Assembly: GCA_000830295.1 (NCBI GenBank)
Contig: CP010425.1
Coordinates: forward strand, 672,001-736,000
Direction of reading: 5' to 3'
DNA length: 64,000 bases
Source of the DNA: an archaeon GW2011_AR15
GTDB lineage: Archaea > Nanobdellota > Nanobdellia > Woesearchaeales > GW2011-AR15
Shown piece after piece: positions 17,909-27,504 of the stretch (the first letter of the stretch is position 1; the number at the start of each line of letters is the position of its first letter). A program made the translations under genes and the position numbers. The notes under the pieces are model-generated. The model ran no database searches. It was not told the DNA's origin and saw nothing but the letters and a program-made list of their open reading frames with translations.

Positions 17909-20232
17909 TAGCCGAACAGGCTGGTCTGCTTTGTATCAACCAGAATGTCGTCAAATTTTGTATTGTAGAAAACAAGGATTGCATCAGCAATCGGCTTTAT
18001 CTGCTTTTCAATGTAATGCTCATAGTCCAGCTTGTGCTCGATTTTCTGCACAGGCTCAGGCCCGTCGCTTGTCATGACATATGAGATTATGTTCGAGGTA
18101 ATCTTCTTGAGCTTTCTCGCTGCCTTTACATGCGGCGGTGTTGTCTTTATGTACTTGCTCAGGTCCTTCCTTATTGCCTTCCTGTAGACAAGCAGGTTGT
18201 CGTATTTTCCTTTTTTCAGCTCATCAACAAATTTCTTTATGTAATCGACCACTTCCTGCTTGTGGAACACCTTGTCAAGAAGCTCCAGCTGGAATTTTTT
18301 CGACAGGTCTGTCCAGTCTCTTCTCACGAATTCCAGTCCCGTGAAATCTATCTTCTCCTTCCCGTCCTTCATCAGCAGGCCGGCATATCTTTTCTTTGCC
18401 CCTTTTTCTGTCCCCCTGATTGTCGGCATCATGAACCTGGTATAGGTCTTCTCAAACTCCAGCTCAAGGAAATTGTCCATCTTCAGCTTTGCGACATATT
18501 TCTTCCAGTGCTCATTAACAAGCGCCTGTATTTCAGCGCCGACTTTTGCAGCGCCTTCTGCCTTGTCTGCTTTTGTCTCTACAAAAATAGAATCAGTGTC
18601 GCCATATATGACCCTGTATCCGTGGTTGTCCACAATTTCTGCTGTTGACTTCACTATGAACTGGCCGAAATGAGTTATTGCATTTGCCATATCAAGGGAA
18701 TAAAACCTGCACATGGGGTTTGCCAGCACGCCGAAAAAAGAATTCATTGTAATCTTGATGGCATAGCTCTGCTCAGCATTCTTGTCTTTCTTTGCATGGT
18801 CCCTCTGCTCCCATAATCTCTGGAGTATCTGGGGGAGTATGCCGTATTTTCTCCTGAATTTTGCTCCGTTAGGGGCAGTTATGACCTGAGATTCCCTGTA
18901 CTTGCCGTGCATCTCTTTTGGTATGAATGAAAGAGGGTCAATGTTGAATGTCCTCATTATGCTTGGATACAGGCTCTTGAAGTCAAGCACGATTATGTAA
19001 TCATATATTCCCGGGATTGAATCCCTTACATATCCCCCTATTATCCTCTCTCCCCTTTCCCTGAACTCAGAGGTCCTGCAGACATATCCTCTTTCAAATG
19101 TCTCCCTTAGGTAGAGGTTGTCGAGCGAGGCTATAGAAGCCTTTACCCTGTCAAGCTGCATGCCTGTCAGCAGGGAGCGCTGGATTATCAGGTCTATAAT
19201 GCCTTTTTTCTCAAGTATTTTTATTACAAGCTCTGAATCCTTAAGGTTGTAGTCAGCAAGCTTCTGCGGCTCCTTCTCATACAGCCTTTCAATCTCAGCC
19301 CCCTTGTCGACATTATCAAAAACCTCAAGCTTTGATTCCTTCAGTATTGCGGCTGCAGCTGTCTGCAGCTTGTAGTCCCTCAGGCCAATGAAGGAAGTTT
19401 TCAGCAGGTCTATTGCATCTAAGGCGACCCTTCCCGGAATCTCGGCAGTTGAGCTTTTGAAAAAAGAATTGTATATCTTTATGCTTCCGGGCCACTCAGC
19501 CCTGCCCAGGACAAAATCAATCTTGTGCTCATCGAACTTCTCCTTTATCATCTTCAGGTCAAAGTCAATGAGGTTCCAGCCTGTGATGATGTCAGGGTCA
19601 TAATTGCTTATGATTTCCTTGAACCTTTCAAGGACTTCTTTCTCTGTCTTGAAAGACTCTGTATTTTTCAGATTCTTTTCAGATACTAAGAGGACTTTGC
19701 CGAAATCCCTGCAGTAGAGGGATATTGAATACAGCTTTTTCAGGTCCATTGATGACTCAACATCCAGTGCCAGCACTCTCAGCTCGGGTTTCCATCCTGC
19801 CGGCTTCAGCTCAGGCTCTTCATAGATCCTGCTTACATAATTCCCTTTCTTATGCTTACCTTCTATCTCTAATGAGCCCTTTATGCCCTTATCAATCATA
19901 AACCTGTAGACAAACCTTATGTCTGCCTCGTAGGTAAGTATATCCTTCTTGTGGAAAACATCCCTCAGGATCGGAACATCTCTCGGCACATCCAGTGTTA
20001 TTTTCACAACAGGCTCCTCAAAGAAATTTTTCATTTCAGATGGATCAACATCGTATATGATGTCAATATCCAGCTTCTCCAGTTTTTTCCTGTCCTTTTC
20101 CCTTATATAGAAATACGGCCTGAATTTGCTTATTGTAAGGAAAGACTCGCCGTTCTCCAGCCTGCCGAAAAGATAGACATGGGCCTTGCCATCAATAATC
20201 CTGTAGGTAGGATATACAATGAACCCCTTCAT
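17905..20232 (-). CDS. polB: Family B DNA polymerase (Pol II-like) with intact exonuclease motifs and C-terminal PIP box
   Basis: LDVES, GWNLIDFD, YNLKDS, DFKSLYPS, KITMNSFFG, YGDTDS; ends QTSLFGY. Confidence 0.96.
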   Translation of the reverse strand: MKGFIVYPTYRIIDGKAHVYLFGRLENGESFLTISKFRPYFYIREKDRKKLEKLDIDIIYDVDPSEMKNFFEEPVVKITLDVPRDVPILRDVFHKKDILTYEADIRFVYRFMIDKGIKGSLEIEGKHKKGNYVSRIYEEPELKPAGWKPELRVLALDVESSMDLKKLYSISLYCRDFGKVLLVSEKNLKNTESFKTEKEVLERFKEIISNYDPDIITGWNLIDFDLKMIKEKFDEHKIDFVLGRAEWPGSIKIYNSFFKSSTAEIPGRVALDAIDLLKTSFIGLRDYKLQTAAAAILKESKLEVFDNVDKGAEIERLYEKEPQKLADYNLKDSELVIKILEKKGIIDLIIQRSLLTGMQLDRVKASIASLDNLYLRETFERGYVCRTSEFRERGERIIGGYVRDSIPGIYDYIIVLDFKSLYPSIMRTFNIDPLSFIPKEMHGKYRESQVITAPNGAKFRRKYGILPQILQRLWEQRDHAKKDKNAEQSYAIKITMNSFFGVLANPMCRFYSLDMANAITHFGQFIVKSTAEIVDNHGYRVIYGDTDSIFVETKADKAEGAAKVGAEIQALVNEHWKKYVAKLKMDNFLELEFEKTYTRFMMPTIRGTEKGAKKRYAGLLMKDGKEKIDFTGLEFVRRDWTDLSKKFQLELLDKVFHKQEVVDYIKKFVDELKKGKYDNLLVYRKAIRKDLSKYIKTTPPHVKAARKLKKITSNIISYVMTSDGPEPVQKIEHKLDYEHYIEKQIKPIADAILVFYNTKFDDILVDTKQTSLFGY

Positions 20233-20277
20233 ATAGAGGAGAAAAGCTAGCCAAATTTATAAATGTGATGGCACAAT

Positions 20278-20303
20278 TAAAAAAGAGGTGCGGGGGCACC
20301 TCT
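20278..20303 (-). terminator. Hairpin plus U-tract terminator downstream of 20331..21014
   Basis: AGAGGTGC-N4-GCACCTCT perfect 8-bp stem followed by a T run on the minus strand. Confidence 0.65.
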
Positions 20304-20330
20304 CTACATCAAATAAAGAATAAAACTTAT

Positions 20331-21014
20331 CTATTCTTTCTTTGGTTTGTAGTCTTTGTTTGCCAGGTACATTCCTGCTCCGCCTGCTGCAACAAGCAGT
20401 CCAAGCCCTCCGACCCCGGCTCCAGCTGCAAGGGCGAGTTCGCCTGCTGCCTGGTTTGCATGTCCTGCTGAAAGACTTGAAAGCAGGCCAAGTGCCTGGG
20501 GGCTCCAGGCTGCCCGAAGCTGACTTTCTATTGGGTGAGTTCTGTCAAGCTGGGCGTAGCTCTTTTCCACAGCTATCATATACTCGCCAGGCTCAGTGTA
20601 TGTCTCTCCCCTGTACTCCAATGGAAGCTGGTCTTCAGCCAGGGTTACAGCAACCTCAGTGTGCATCACATGGTATGAGATAGTTGCAAACTGGTACATC
20701 AGCTCATCACGGGTGTTGACCAACGGGTCTTCTGGGTCAAAATTTTTGTAATTAACAGGGTAGTCCCATTCTCCTTCGAGAAGGTTCATAATATTTTGTG
20801 CCCCTTCCGCAGCGCCGCGGTCTACAAGCTCTCCCTCTGCGTTGTAGCTTAAGTTTACGCCCTGTGCTGCATAAAGAGCCTGCGCAGATTCAAGGCCGTT
20901 AACAGCAGCCGGCACGCCATATCCAAAGCCTACACCGGCAACCATTAACCCGCCGGCGGCAATAAGGCCCCCCAGTGTTCTCATTAGTTTATTTTTTTTA
21001 TCCATTATATCCAC
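20331..21014 (-). CDS. Hypothetical protein with N- and C-terminal Gly/Ala-rich TM segments
   Basis: 227-aa ORF, GAGGTG SD, hydrophobic ends, basic tail. Confidence 0.75.
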   Translation of the reverse strand: MDIMDKKNKLMRTLGGLIAAGGLMVAGVGFGYGVPAAVNGLESAQALYAAQGVNLSYNAEGELVDRGAAEGAQNIMNLLEGEWDYPVNYKNFDPEDPLVNTRDELMYQFATISYHVMHTEVAVTLAEDQLPLEYRGETYTEPGEYMIAVEKSYAQLDRTHPIESQLRAAWSPQALGLLSSLSAGHANQAAGELALAAGAGVGGLGLLVAAGGAGMYLANKDYKPKKE

Positions 21015-21133
21015 CTCAGTAAATTATCAGGGCGCACACTGAGATTTAAGACACGCCTTCATACTGTTTAATCTGTATATATTGTATAATCATTAGAAAT
21101 TTAATCAGAAATACATTTTATAGGATGCGGCTG

Positions 21134-22141
21134 CTAATCAGATAAAGTACCCTTGGGAATGTCCTTTGGATTAAGAATCAGCACTATTCTTGCAATATCC
21201 TCTGTTATGGTAAATATTCTGGCAAGAAATTCAAAGACCACCGGGATGGCGCATTTGCAATTATCATCCTCTCCAAACAGGCAGGGAAACCTTCTATTGT
21301 TAAGTATGCTCTTGTCCTCTTCGCGGATACTGTTAATTACAGCATTTGCCATAGTGGTATCATTTTTGTAGAAAGAGGTAATAGCATTCCTGTAATTTTT
21401 CTCAAGCTCGCCAAGCTTTGAGGTAAGAAGTTCCCTTTCTTTCCCGCTGAATTTCACAGATGAGAAGAAGCTGGCAATATGCTTCCCGCGGTCAGAAATC
21501 TTTTCAAGGCGGTCAGACAAGAGCATCAATAAGGCCAGGTCAGTAGGGGAATATCCCCAGTGCCTTGCCATATTGGCGTTCTGGAGCCCCCGGGTAATCA
21601 ATTTCATGGTAAAATGGTAAAGGCGGTCAACTTCAGCATCAGCGTCTGAAACAGGCTCACGGCTGCCTTTATGGTTTAGGCATTGTTCAATCTCTGTAAA
21701 CATTGTTTTGATGATTGTATCAATCCTGCGTATGATTTTCATAGGATTGGTTTCTGAGATATCAATGAATGCTTTGGCGGCTATAAGATCAGTTTTGATA
21801 TCAAGCACTTCAAGCGCCAGAAACTCATGGAAGACATTCCTTAATTCTTTGGCGCGATTCCCAAAATCCCCCTTAAGGTTTATGATTGAAAAATCATTTA
21901 CATAGGCAACAAGTATCTGGCGCTTAATCTCTTTGAGGGTCATCCTGCTGACATCAATTGTAATCTCTTTGATCTCCGAGGTATGGTCATCTTCCTTTGG
22001 ATGGATTCTTAGAGAGCCGTCACCCTCTTCTTCAATACTGATGTTGTCCCCTTTAGAAAGCCTGTGGTTTACAACCCATTGCTTGGGCAGGGTAACTGAA
22101 AAAGTCTCCTTCCCCAGCTTTATTAGTTTACGATATTCCAT
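21134..22141 (-). CDS. phoU: Archaeal PhoU-family regulator with AbrB-type N-terminal domain
   Basis: RKLIKLG..SVTLPKQW..L.KGD, DAEVDRLY, LEKISD. Confidence 0.88.
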   Translation of the reverse strand: MEYRKLIKLGKETFSVTLPKQWVVNHRLSKGDNISIEEEGDGSLRIHPKEDDHTSEIKEITIDVSRMTLKEIKRQILVAYVNDFSIINLKGDFGNRAKELRNVFHEFLALEVLDIKTDLIAAKAFIDISETNPMKIIRRIDTIIKTMFTEIEQCLNHKGSREPVSDADAEVDRLYHFTMKLITRGLQNANMARHWGYSPTDLALLMLLSDRLEKISDRGKHIASFFSSVKFSGKERELLTSKLGELEKNYRNAITSFYKNDTTMANAVINSIREEDKSILNNRRFPCLFGEDDNCKCAIPVVFEFLARIFTITEDIARIVLILNPKDIPKGTLSD

Positions 22142-22346
22142 AGTCCCCCGCCTATATATTGTATATACATGAGGATAGCAGTTTGTATATTTAAGAGTTT
22201 GTATCGGATTTTGGAATCAGAGGAGAAGCCCAATAAATTCAAATGTTTTAGAGGGGGAACTTTTATTTTTTAATTATTAATTTTCAAGTAGTTACAAGCA
22301 AAAGCTTTATAAGGTTTATATCGATTCTCTTGGTTAGGTAACCAAA

Positions 22347-23018
22347 ATGGCAGAATATGGAAAAGTTGAAAATCCAACACTTAATGTTAAAGACTATAAG
22401 ATGGGAGATTTTGTTCATTGGTTGATGCATGATACACAACCATCATTTGCAGTTGTTACTGGAACAAATGGAGATAATGTTCAACTTAGACATTTTGAAG
22501 GAGGATTTCCATTTGAATTATCTAAAACTCCAAAATATGGTTCTATGAGAAAAGCTTCAAGAGATGAATCTTTAGCTCATTTTCATCAGATTTCTAAAAT
22601 GTTTGAAAAAGAATTTGAGGCAGGTGGACTTTCAGGGGCACTTTCAGCAAGAAGACAACACTATATAAATGGAATAATTTCACAACTTGAAGAAGATGGA
22701 AGAAATACATTTTATGCTGCGACTATTGACCCACAAGATCCAATGACTGGAACATATGTTCTAATGGGAATTTATTCTGGTCAAGGTCCAAGCGAACATT
22801 TAGAAGGATTAGTTGTAGTACCAAGACTTTCAGAAGGAACAGTTTCTCGTGTTGTTAAAGATACTAATCCAAATGGTTTTGGTAAAATACCAAGTGATGT
22901 TTACAATACGCCTGCAACTTCTCATGGTTCGCTTGTTGCATATTGGACATATGAAGTTCCTGAAAAGGCATTAGGGCTTGTTGAAAGTCCAAAAAAATTA
23001 GAGCTAAGGTTAGATTAA
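22347..23018 (+). CDS. Hypothetical protein, AT-rich codon usage
   Basis: 223-aa ORF with promoter and AGGT SD. Confidence 0.7.
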   Translation: MAEYGKVENPTLNVKDYKMGDFVHWLMHDTQPSFAVVTGTNGDNVQLRHFEGGFPFELSKTPKYGSMRKASRDESLAHFHQISKMFEKEFEAGGLSGALSARRQHYINGIISQLEEDGRNTFYAATIDPQDPMTGTYVLMGIYSGQGPSEHLEGLVVVPRLSEGTVSRVVKDTNPNGFGKIPSDVYNTPATSHGSLVAYWTYEVPEKALGLVESPKKLELRLD

Positions 23019-23456
23019 AAGTTCCCCCTTTCTATTATTAAGGATTTTTGAAAATTGCAATTAATTCATGTTAGTTACTTTTCCCATACGCAAGTGGAGG
23101 AAAATTGCGTCCGCAGAGCTGTGTTTAAGTTCCAATCAATTCGGGCGTAGCGAGTATATAATGAATAAAGACACTTCAAATAAGGAAACGAAGCCTACAA
23201 AGAACGAGCAAAAAATCTTAAAGTATATCATTATTAGGAGAAAAAATATCAGACACAAGATGTTAGACAATAAAGAATTTGAAGTTGAAAAATTATTCTT
23301 ATCATAATTAACAAAAATTCCGTAACATTTCTGACGTCCTAAAAATTCTCTTTCAAAAAAGTGCGGATTTTTATGATATTGTCTACAATTTCTAGAACCA
23401 TATTTATTGTATCTTACTAGCTTTGCTTTATTAATATAGGACTTCTTATATATATT

Positions 23457-23630
23457 ATGACAAAAGATGAAAACCCGGTAAAGATATGTTGGCACTGCAA
23501 AAGAAAATTCGATGGTAATTTTTCTATAAAAAATCTGCAGATAGTCTGCCCTTTTTGCAAAAAGCCGCAATCTTCTGTATTTGAAGAGGATTCCCAGGCC
23601 CAAATAATAAAAAAGTCAAAGGCCGAATAA
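23457..23630 (+). CDS. 57-aa zinc-ribbon protein MTKDENPVKICWHCK...VCPFCKK
   Basis: Read manually; CxxC-16-CxxC; TTTATTAA 30 nt upstream. Confidence 0.65.
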   Translation: MTKDENPVKICWHCKRKFDGNFSIKNLQIVCPFCKKPQSSVFEEDSQAQIIKKSKAE

Positions 23631-23703
23631 AAAAGTCAAAATCAGATTTCAAAAAATCAGAATCTCAAAAAAATACTAATAAATTATAATGGAGGGATAA
23701 AAA

Positions 23704-23877
23704 ATGACAAATAGAACAACACATAGATCAAAATCAGGTAAAAAACTATATGCAGTAAGAGATAAAGAAGGGAAGTTCAAAGATATACAAGACTATAAAA
23801 GAGCACATAGTCAGGATATGAAAAGAACATCCAAAGCAGAGTTGGACGCTGCAGCAAAGAAGAAAAACAAAAAATAG
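23704..23877 (+). CDS. 57-aa basic small protein (KKLYAVRDKEGKFKDIQDYKRAH)
   Basis: Read manually; GGAGG SD; T-rich tract after the stop. Confidence 0.75.
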   Translation: MTNRTTHRSKSGKKLYAVRDKEGKFKDIQDYKRAHSQDMKRTSKAELDAAAKKKNKK

Positions 23878-23926
23878 TGATTTTTTATTTTTCACTAAAA
23901 ATTTAGATAGTATTCAAGGAACAGAG

Positions 23927-24265
23927 GTGTTCAAAATGACAATAATTGGAGTATTAATAGGATTTATTATAAGTTTAATCATATCAGCAGCCGTCATATT
24001 TTTTGCAGCAAAAATAATGGGGGAAAGAGAAGGGTTTAGCACAGCTTTGTTTGCTGCATTTATTGGATCACTACTATTTGCAATCGTATCTTATCTCATA
24101 GGGATGGGGCTGTTGGCATCATTGATTGGCGGAATAGCGTGGCTTATAGCTCTCGGCAGTATATACAACATGGGCTGGCTGAAATCTTTTTTTGTGGCTG
24201 TAGTCATATGGTTTTTTTCAGCAATCGTCAGTATGGTGCTGCCTAACCTTCCACAATTAGTTTAA
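23927..24265 (+). CDS. Small 4-TM membrane protein
   Basis: Hydrophobic ORF; GAGGTG SD suggests ATG 23936. Confidence 0.75.
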   Translation: MFKMTIIGVLIGFIISLIISAAVIFFAAKIMGEREGFSTALFAAFIGSLLFAIVSYLIGMGLLASLIGGIAWLIALGSIYNMGWLKSFFVAVVIWFFSAIVSMVLPNLPQLV

Positions 24266-24338
24266 ACAAATAAGGTGAAAAACATGGAGAATAATTTTAA
24301 TAAAAAAGGAGTAGTGTAAAAAACAGGAGGGAGAGAAC

Positions 24339-24539
24339 ATGGTACTTAAGTCAATACTTGGAATTATAGCGCTTATTGCTGCTATATGGGTTATTTATGA
24401 TGTACTAGTAAAGAATAAGAAATTATCAACAGGAATGAAAGTACTTTGGATAATTTGTGCGTTATTTTTTAGTATAATCACTGCAGTAATTTATTATTTG
24501 GTTGGCAGAGATTCAAAAAAAGACTTGTTTAAAAATTAA
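24339..24539 (+). CDS. PLDc_N-like small two-helix membrane protein
   Basis: IWVIYDV..K.LWII...YYLVGR pattern; GGAGG SD. Confidence 0.8.
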   Translation: MVLKSILGIIALIAAIWVIYDVLVKNKKLSTGMKVLWIICALFFSIITAVIYYLVGRDSKKDLFKN

Positions 24540-24611
24540 GAAAAGCAAGAGCATAAGAGAAGAGGTCATCATATTATCAATACCCTAAATTCCATAAACG
24601 AGAAATAGAAA

Positions 24612-25010
24612 ATGAATATGGATGAATCGCAATTTGAAACCGGAAGAATGGAAGCTTATAAGCGAGATTTCCACAAAACAGGAACTTATCATGATGATGG
24701 ATCAGGGTATTTTGGAAGGCCAAAAAAATTTGATTTTACCAATTCAGTGGAAACGAGTGAAAGCAAAGAGAGGCTTGTTTTCAGAATACCTCTATCAGAA
24801 GTGTCACTTGAGAATCTTAAAATAATATCCTCAAAAGGTCATATAATCGTTCAGTCAGACAAGAAGACAATATTCCTTGACCTGGATCAAAAAATTCGAT
24901 TTGGCAAACCTATGATATCATTCAAGGATGACATGTTAATAATTGAGTTAAAGAATAAAAAGAAAAATTCAAGATTATTCAAAATCAGAAATAAGTTTTA
25001 CTCGTACTGA
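24612..25010 (+). CDS. Degenerate Hsp20/alpha-crystallin-like protein
   Basis: IPLSEV..ENLKI and ISFKDDMLIIEL resemble sHSP beta strands. Confidence 0.45.
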   Translation: MNMDESQFETGRMEAYKRDFHKTGTYHDDGSGYFGRPKKFDFTNSVETSESKERLVFRIPLSEVSLENLKIISSKGHIIVQSDKKTIFLDLDQKIRFGKPMISFKDDMLIIELKNKKKNSRLFKIRNKFYSY

Positions 25011-25118
25011 TTCTGAGGAATATTGCATTTAACAGGTATTAAGTGCATATCAGCCAAAAACCCCCTTACCCCTTCTTTTTCCGCATGATTTAAATAACTC
25101 TTAGAACTCCATAAATTC

Positions 25119-26870
25119 ATGGTAAAGAGAATTGCTGTTATTGACAATAACAAGCTCAAGGATATGGAGAAGAAGAAGCATATCCAGAGCCTGTGCCCTG
25201 TCAACAGGAAAGGGGACGAATGCATGTACTTTGACGGTCCGAAGCTTCTGATAGATGAAGCCCTGTGCATAGGCTGCGGGATATGCGTTAATGCAGCTCC
25301 TGAGGCAATAAAGGTCATCAATCTTCCTGAGGCGCTTGAAAAAGACCCTATACACAGGTATGGGGAGAACCAGTTTGCCCTCTACAACCTGCCCATTCCT
25401 GTTTTCGGGAAAGTAACAGGAGTATTGGGAGTTAACGGCATAGGGAAGAGTACAGCAATAAAGATACTTGCAGGGGTGCTCAAGCCCAATCTCGGGAACA
25501 TCGGCATGGAGGCGGATATCAGGGACATAATCTCATATTTCAAGGGCTCAGAAGCCCAGCTTTATTTTGAGAAAGTAAGGAAAGGGGAGATAAGGACAGC
25601 CTACAAGCCGCAGCACGTCGACATGATTCCGAAGCAGTTTTCAGGCAAAGTCAGAGAGCTATTGGAGAAGGTTGATGAAAAAAAGCAGCTGAAAGGAATT
25701 GCTGAGAAATTCGAGCTCAATAAGATACTTGAAAGGGAAGTCAGGCATATTTCAGGCGGGGAGCTGCAGAGGGTTGCTATTGCAGCAACATTCCTCAAGA
25801 AAGCCAACCTCTATATTTTCGACGAGATAACCTCATACCTTGACATAAAGCAGCGCATCAAGGTGGCAGGCCATATCAGGGAGCTCGCAGACGAGCATAC
25901 AGCAGTTATTGTAATTGAGCACGACCTCATTGCGCTCGACTACATGGCAGACATGATAAACATAATGTACGGCAGCAAGGGAGTTTTCGGCGTTGTCTCC
26001 CAGCTGAGGCCCACAAAAAATGCAATAAACACTTTCCTTGAGGGCTACCTGAAAGAAGAGAATGTCAGGTTCAGGGATTATAAGATAAAATTCCAGGTAA
26101 GGAAGCCGTTCGGCGCAGTTGAGACAGCAACCCTTGTAAGCTGGCCGGACATGGAAAAAAAGCTCGGTGATTTCACGCTTAGGGCAGAGGCGGGTGAAAT
26201 CAACACCTATGAGAAAGTAGGGGTGCTGGGAGAGAACGGAATAGGAAAGACAAGTTTTGTAAGGATATTGTCAGGCGAGATGAGGCCTGACGGGAAAGAG
26301 CTTGATATGAAAGTAAAAGTATCCTACAAGCCCCAGTACCTTGAATCAGGTTCAGATGAGCTGGTCATGGTTGTATTGAAGGATGCAGTCTCCAAATATG
26401 AGACAGAGCTTATCAGGCCGCTGGAAATAAAGCCCCTCTTATTAAAAAAAATAAAAGAGCTTTCAGGCGGGGAACTGCAGAGGGTTGCTATTGCACTTTG
26501 CCTGTCAAGGGATGCAGACCTGCTGCTTCTTGACGAGCCCTCAGCATATCTTGATGTTGAGCAGAGGCTGAATGTCTCAAAAGTCATTTCAAATGTAGTA
26601 GAGCAGAGGAAAATATCTGCGCTTGTTGTTGACCACGACCTGTTGTTCCTGGATTACCTCTCAGACAGGCTGCTTGTTTTTGAGGGAGAGCCTGCTGTAA
26701 AGGGCATTGCAAAAGGGCCTTTCCAGATGGAGCAGGGTATGAACAGCCTTCTTAAGCATCTTGACATTACAATGAGAAGGGACGAGGCATCATCCAGGCC
26801 AAGGATAAACAAGCTTGAATCTGTGAAAGACAGGGAGCAGAAGGGCAAGGGCAAATATTACTATGCGTAA
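25119..26870 (+). CDS. rli: ABCE1/RLI ribosome recycling ATPase
   Basis: CPVN..CIGCGIC, two NBDs (GVNGIGKST, GENGIGKTS, SGGELQR), RPRINK hinge. Confidence 0.97.
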   Translation: MVKRIAVIDNNKLKDMEKKKHIQSLCPVNRKGDECMYFDGPKLLIDEALCIGCGICVNAAPEAIKVINLPEALEKDPIHRYGENQFALYNLPIPVFGKVTGVLGVNGIGKSTAIKILAGVLKPNLGNIGMEADIRDIISYFKGSEAQLYFEKVRKGEIRTAYKPQHVDMIPKQFSGKVRELLEKVDEKKQLKGIAEKFELNKILEREVRHISGGELQRVAIAATFLKKANLYIFDEITSYLDIKQRIKVAGHIRELADEHTAVIVIEHDLIALDYMADMINIMYGSKGVFGVVSQLRPTKNAINTFLEGYLKEENVRFRDYKIKFQVRKPFGAVETATLVSWPDMEKKLGDFTLRAEAGEINTYEKVGVLGENGIGKTSFVRILSGEMRPDGKELDMKVKVSYKPQYLESGSDELVMVVLKDAVSKYETELIRPLEIKPLLLKKIKELSGGELQRVAIALCLSRDADLLLLDEPSAYLDVEQRLNVSKVISNVVEQRKISALVVDHDLLFLDYLSDRLLVFEGEPAVKGIAKGPFQMEQGMNSLLKHLDITMRRDEASSRPRINKLESVKDREQKGKGKYYYA

Positions 26871-27504
26871 ACTCTTACTTGCAGCAGCGGCAATACTTGT
26901 TTTCTTCATCATACTTTTTTCATCCTTGTTTTCCTACATCTACAACACCAATTACTACGACAGAAAATATCAGCAGCATGGTGTCTATGACCGGTTCACA
27001 AGGAAAACTGCACTAAATGCAACTGGAAACCTATTCGGATATTTCAGGTCAGAGAACCAGCTTGACATGGATTTTTTCAGTGAACAGGAGGCAAGCCACC
27101 TCAGCGATGTAAAGCAGCTGATACAGAAAAGCCAGCAGCTCTATTATATCAGCATAACCCTGTTCTGGATAGCCCTGGTTGCCGTGTACCTGCTCGCCAG
27201 GAAAAGCTTTATGAGATTCTTTGCAGACATGATGCTTTATTCCGGCATATTTGCTGCCGCCTTGATTTTAATCTTTTCTCTCATATACTTAGTGGGCGGA
27301 TTTGATTTCATCTTCATAAAGTTCCACGAAATATTTTTCACAGGCAACTATGCATTCAACCCGGCTACAAGCAACATGAAAGCATTATTTCCAGATGCTT
27401 TTTTCAGGGATTTGAGTTTAACGATTGTTTTTGTAACCTTCCTGAAGGCAGGATTGCTGGCAGGAGCGGGTTATTTTTTAAGAACTAGACAACTTCGCCT
27501 GTAA
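26863..27504 (+). CDS. TIGR01906/DUF1461 (Lit-like) membrane protein
   Basis: E.SHLSDVK, FIKFHEIFF, LFP..FF. Confidence 0.8.
   Translation: MRKLLLAAAAILVFFIILFSSLFSYIYNTNYYDRKYQQHGVYDRFTRKTALNATGNLFGYFRSENQLDMDFFSEQEASHLSDVKQLIQKSQQLYYISITLFWIALVAVYLLARKSFMRFFADMMLYSGIFAAALILIFSLIYLVGGFDFIFIKFHEIFFTGNYAFNPATSNMKALFPDAFFRDLSLTIVFVTFLKAGLLAGAGYFLRTRQLRL

Noticed and set aside
17905-20232. PolB as a sign of a casposon or provirus
   Set aside because: No protein-priming insertions recognised, no cas1, integrase, capsid or terminal repeats; host-like composition and a PIP box
23136-23603. 155-aa minus-strand ORF
   Set aside because: TTG start, no motif, and it overlaps a better plus-strand zinc-ribbon gene
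23606-23640. 15-bp direct repeat AATAAAAAAGTCAAA as a target-site duplication
   Set aside because: The copies are only 5 nt apart with nothing inserted; simple slippage explains it
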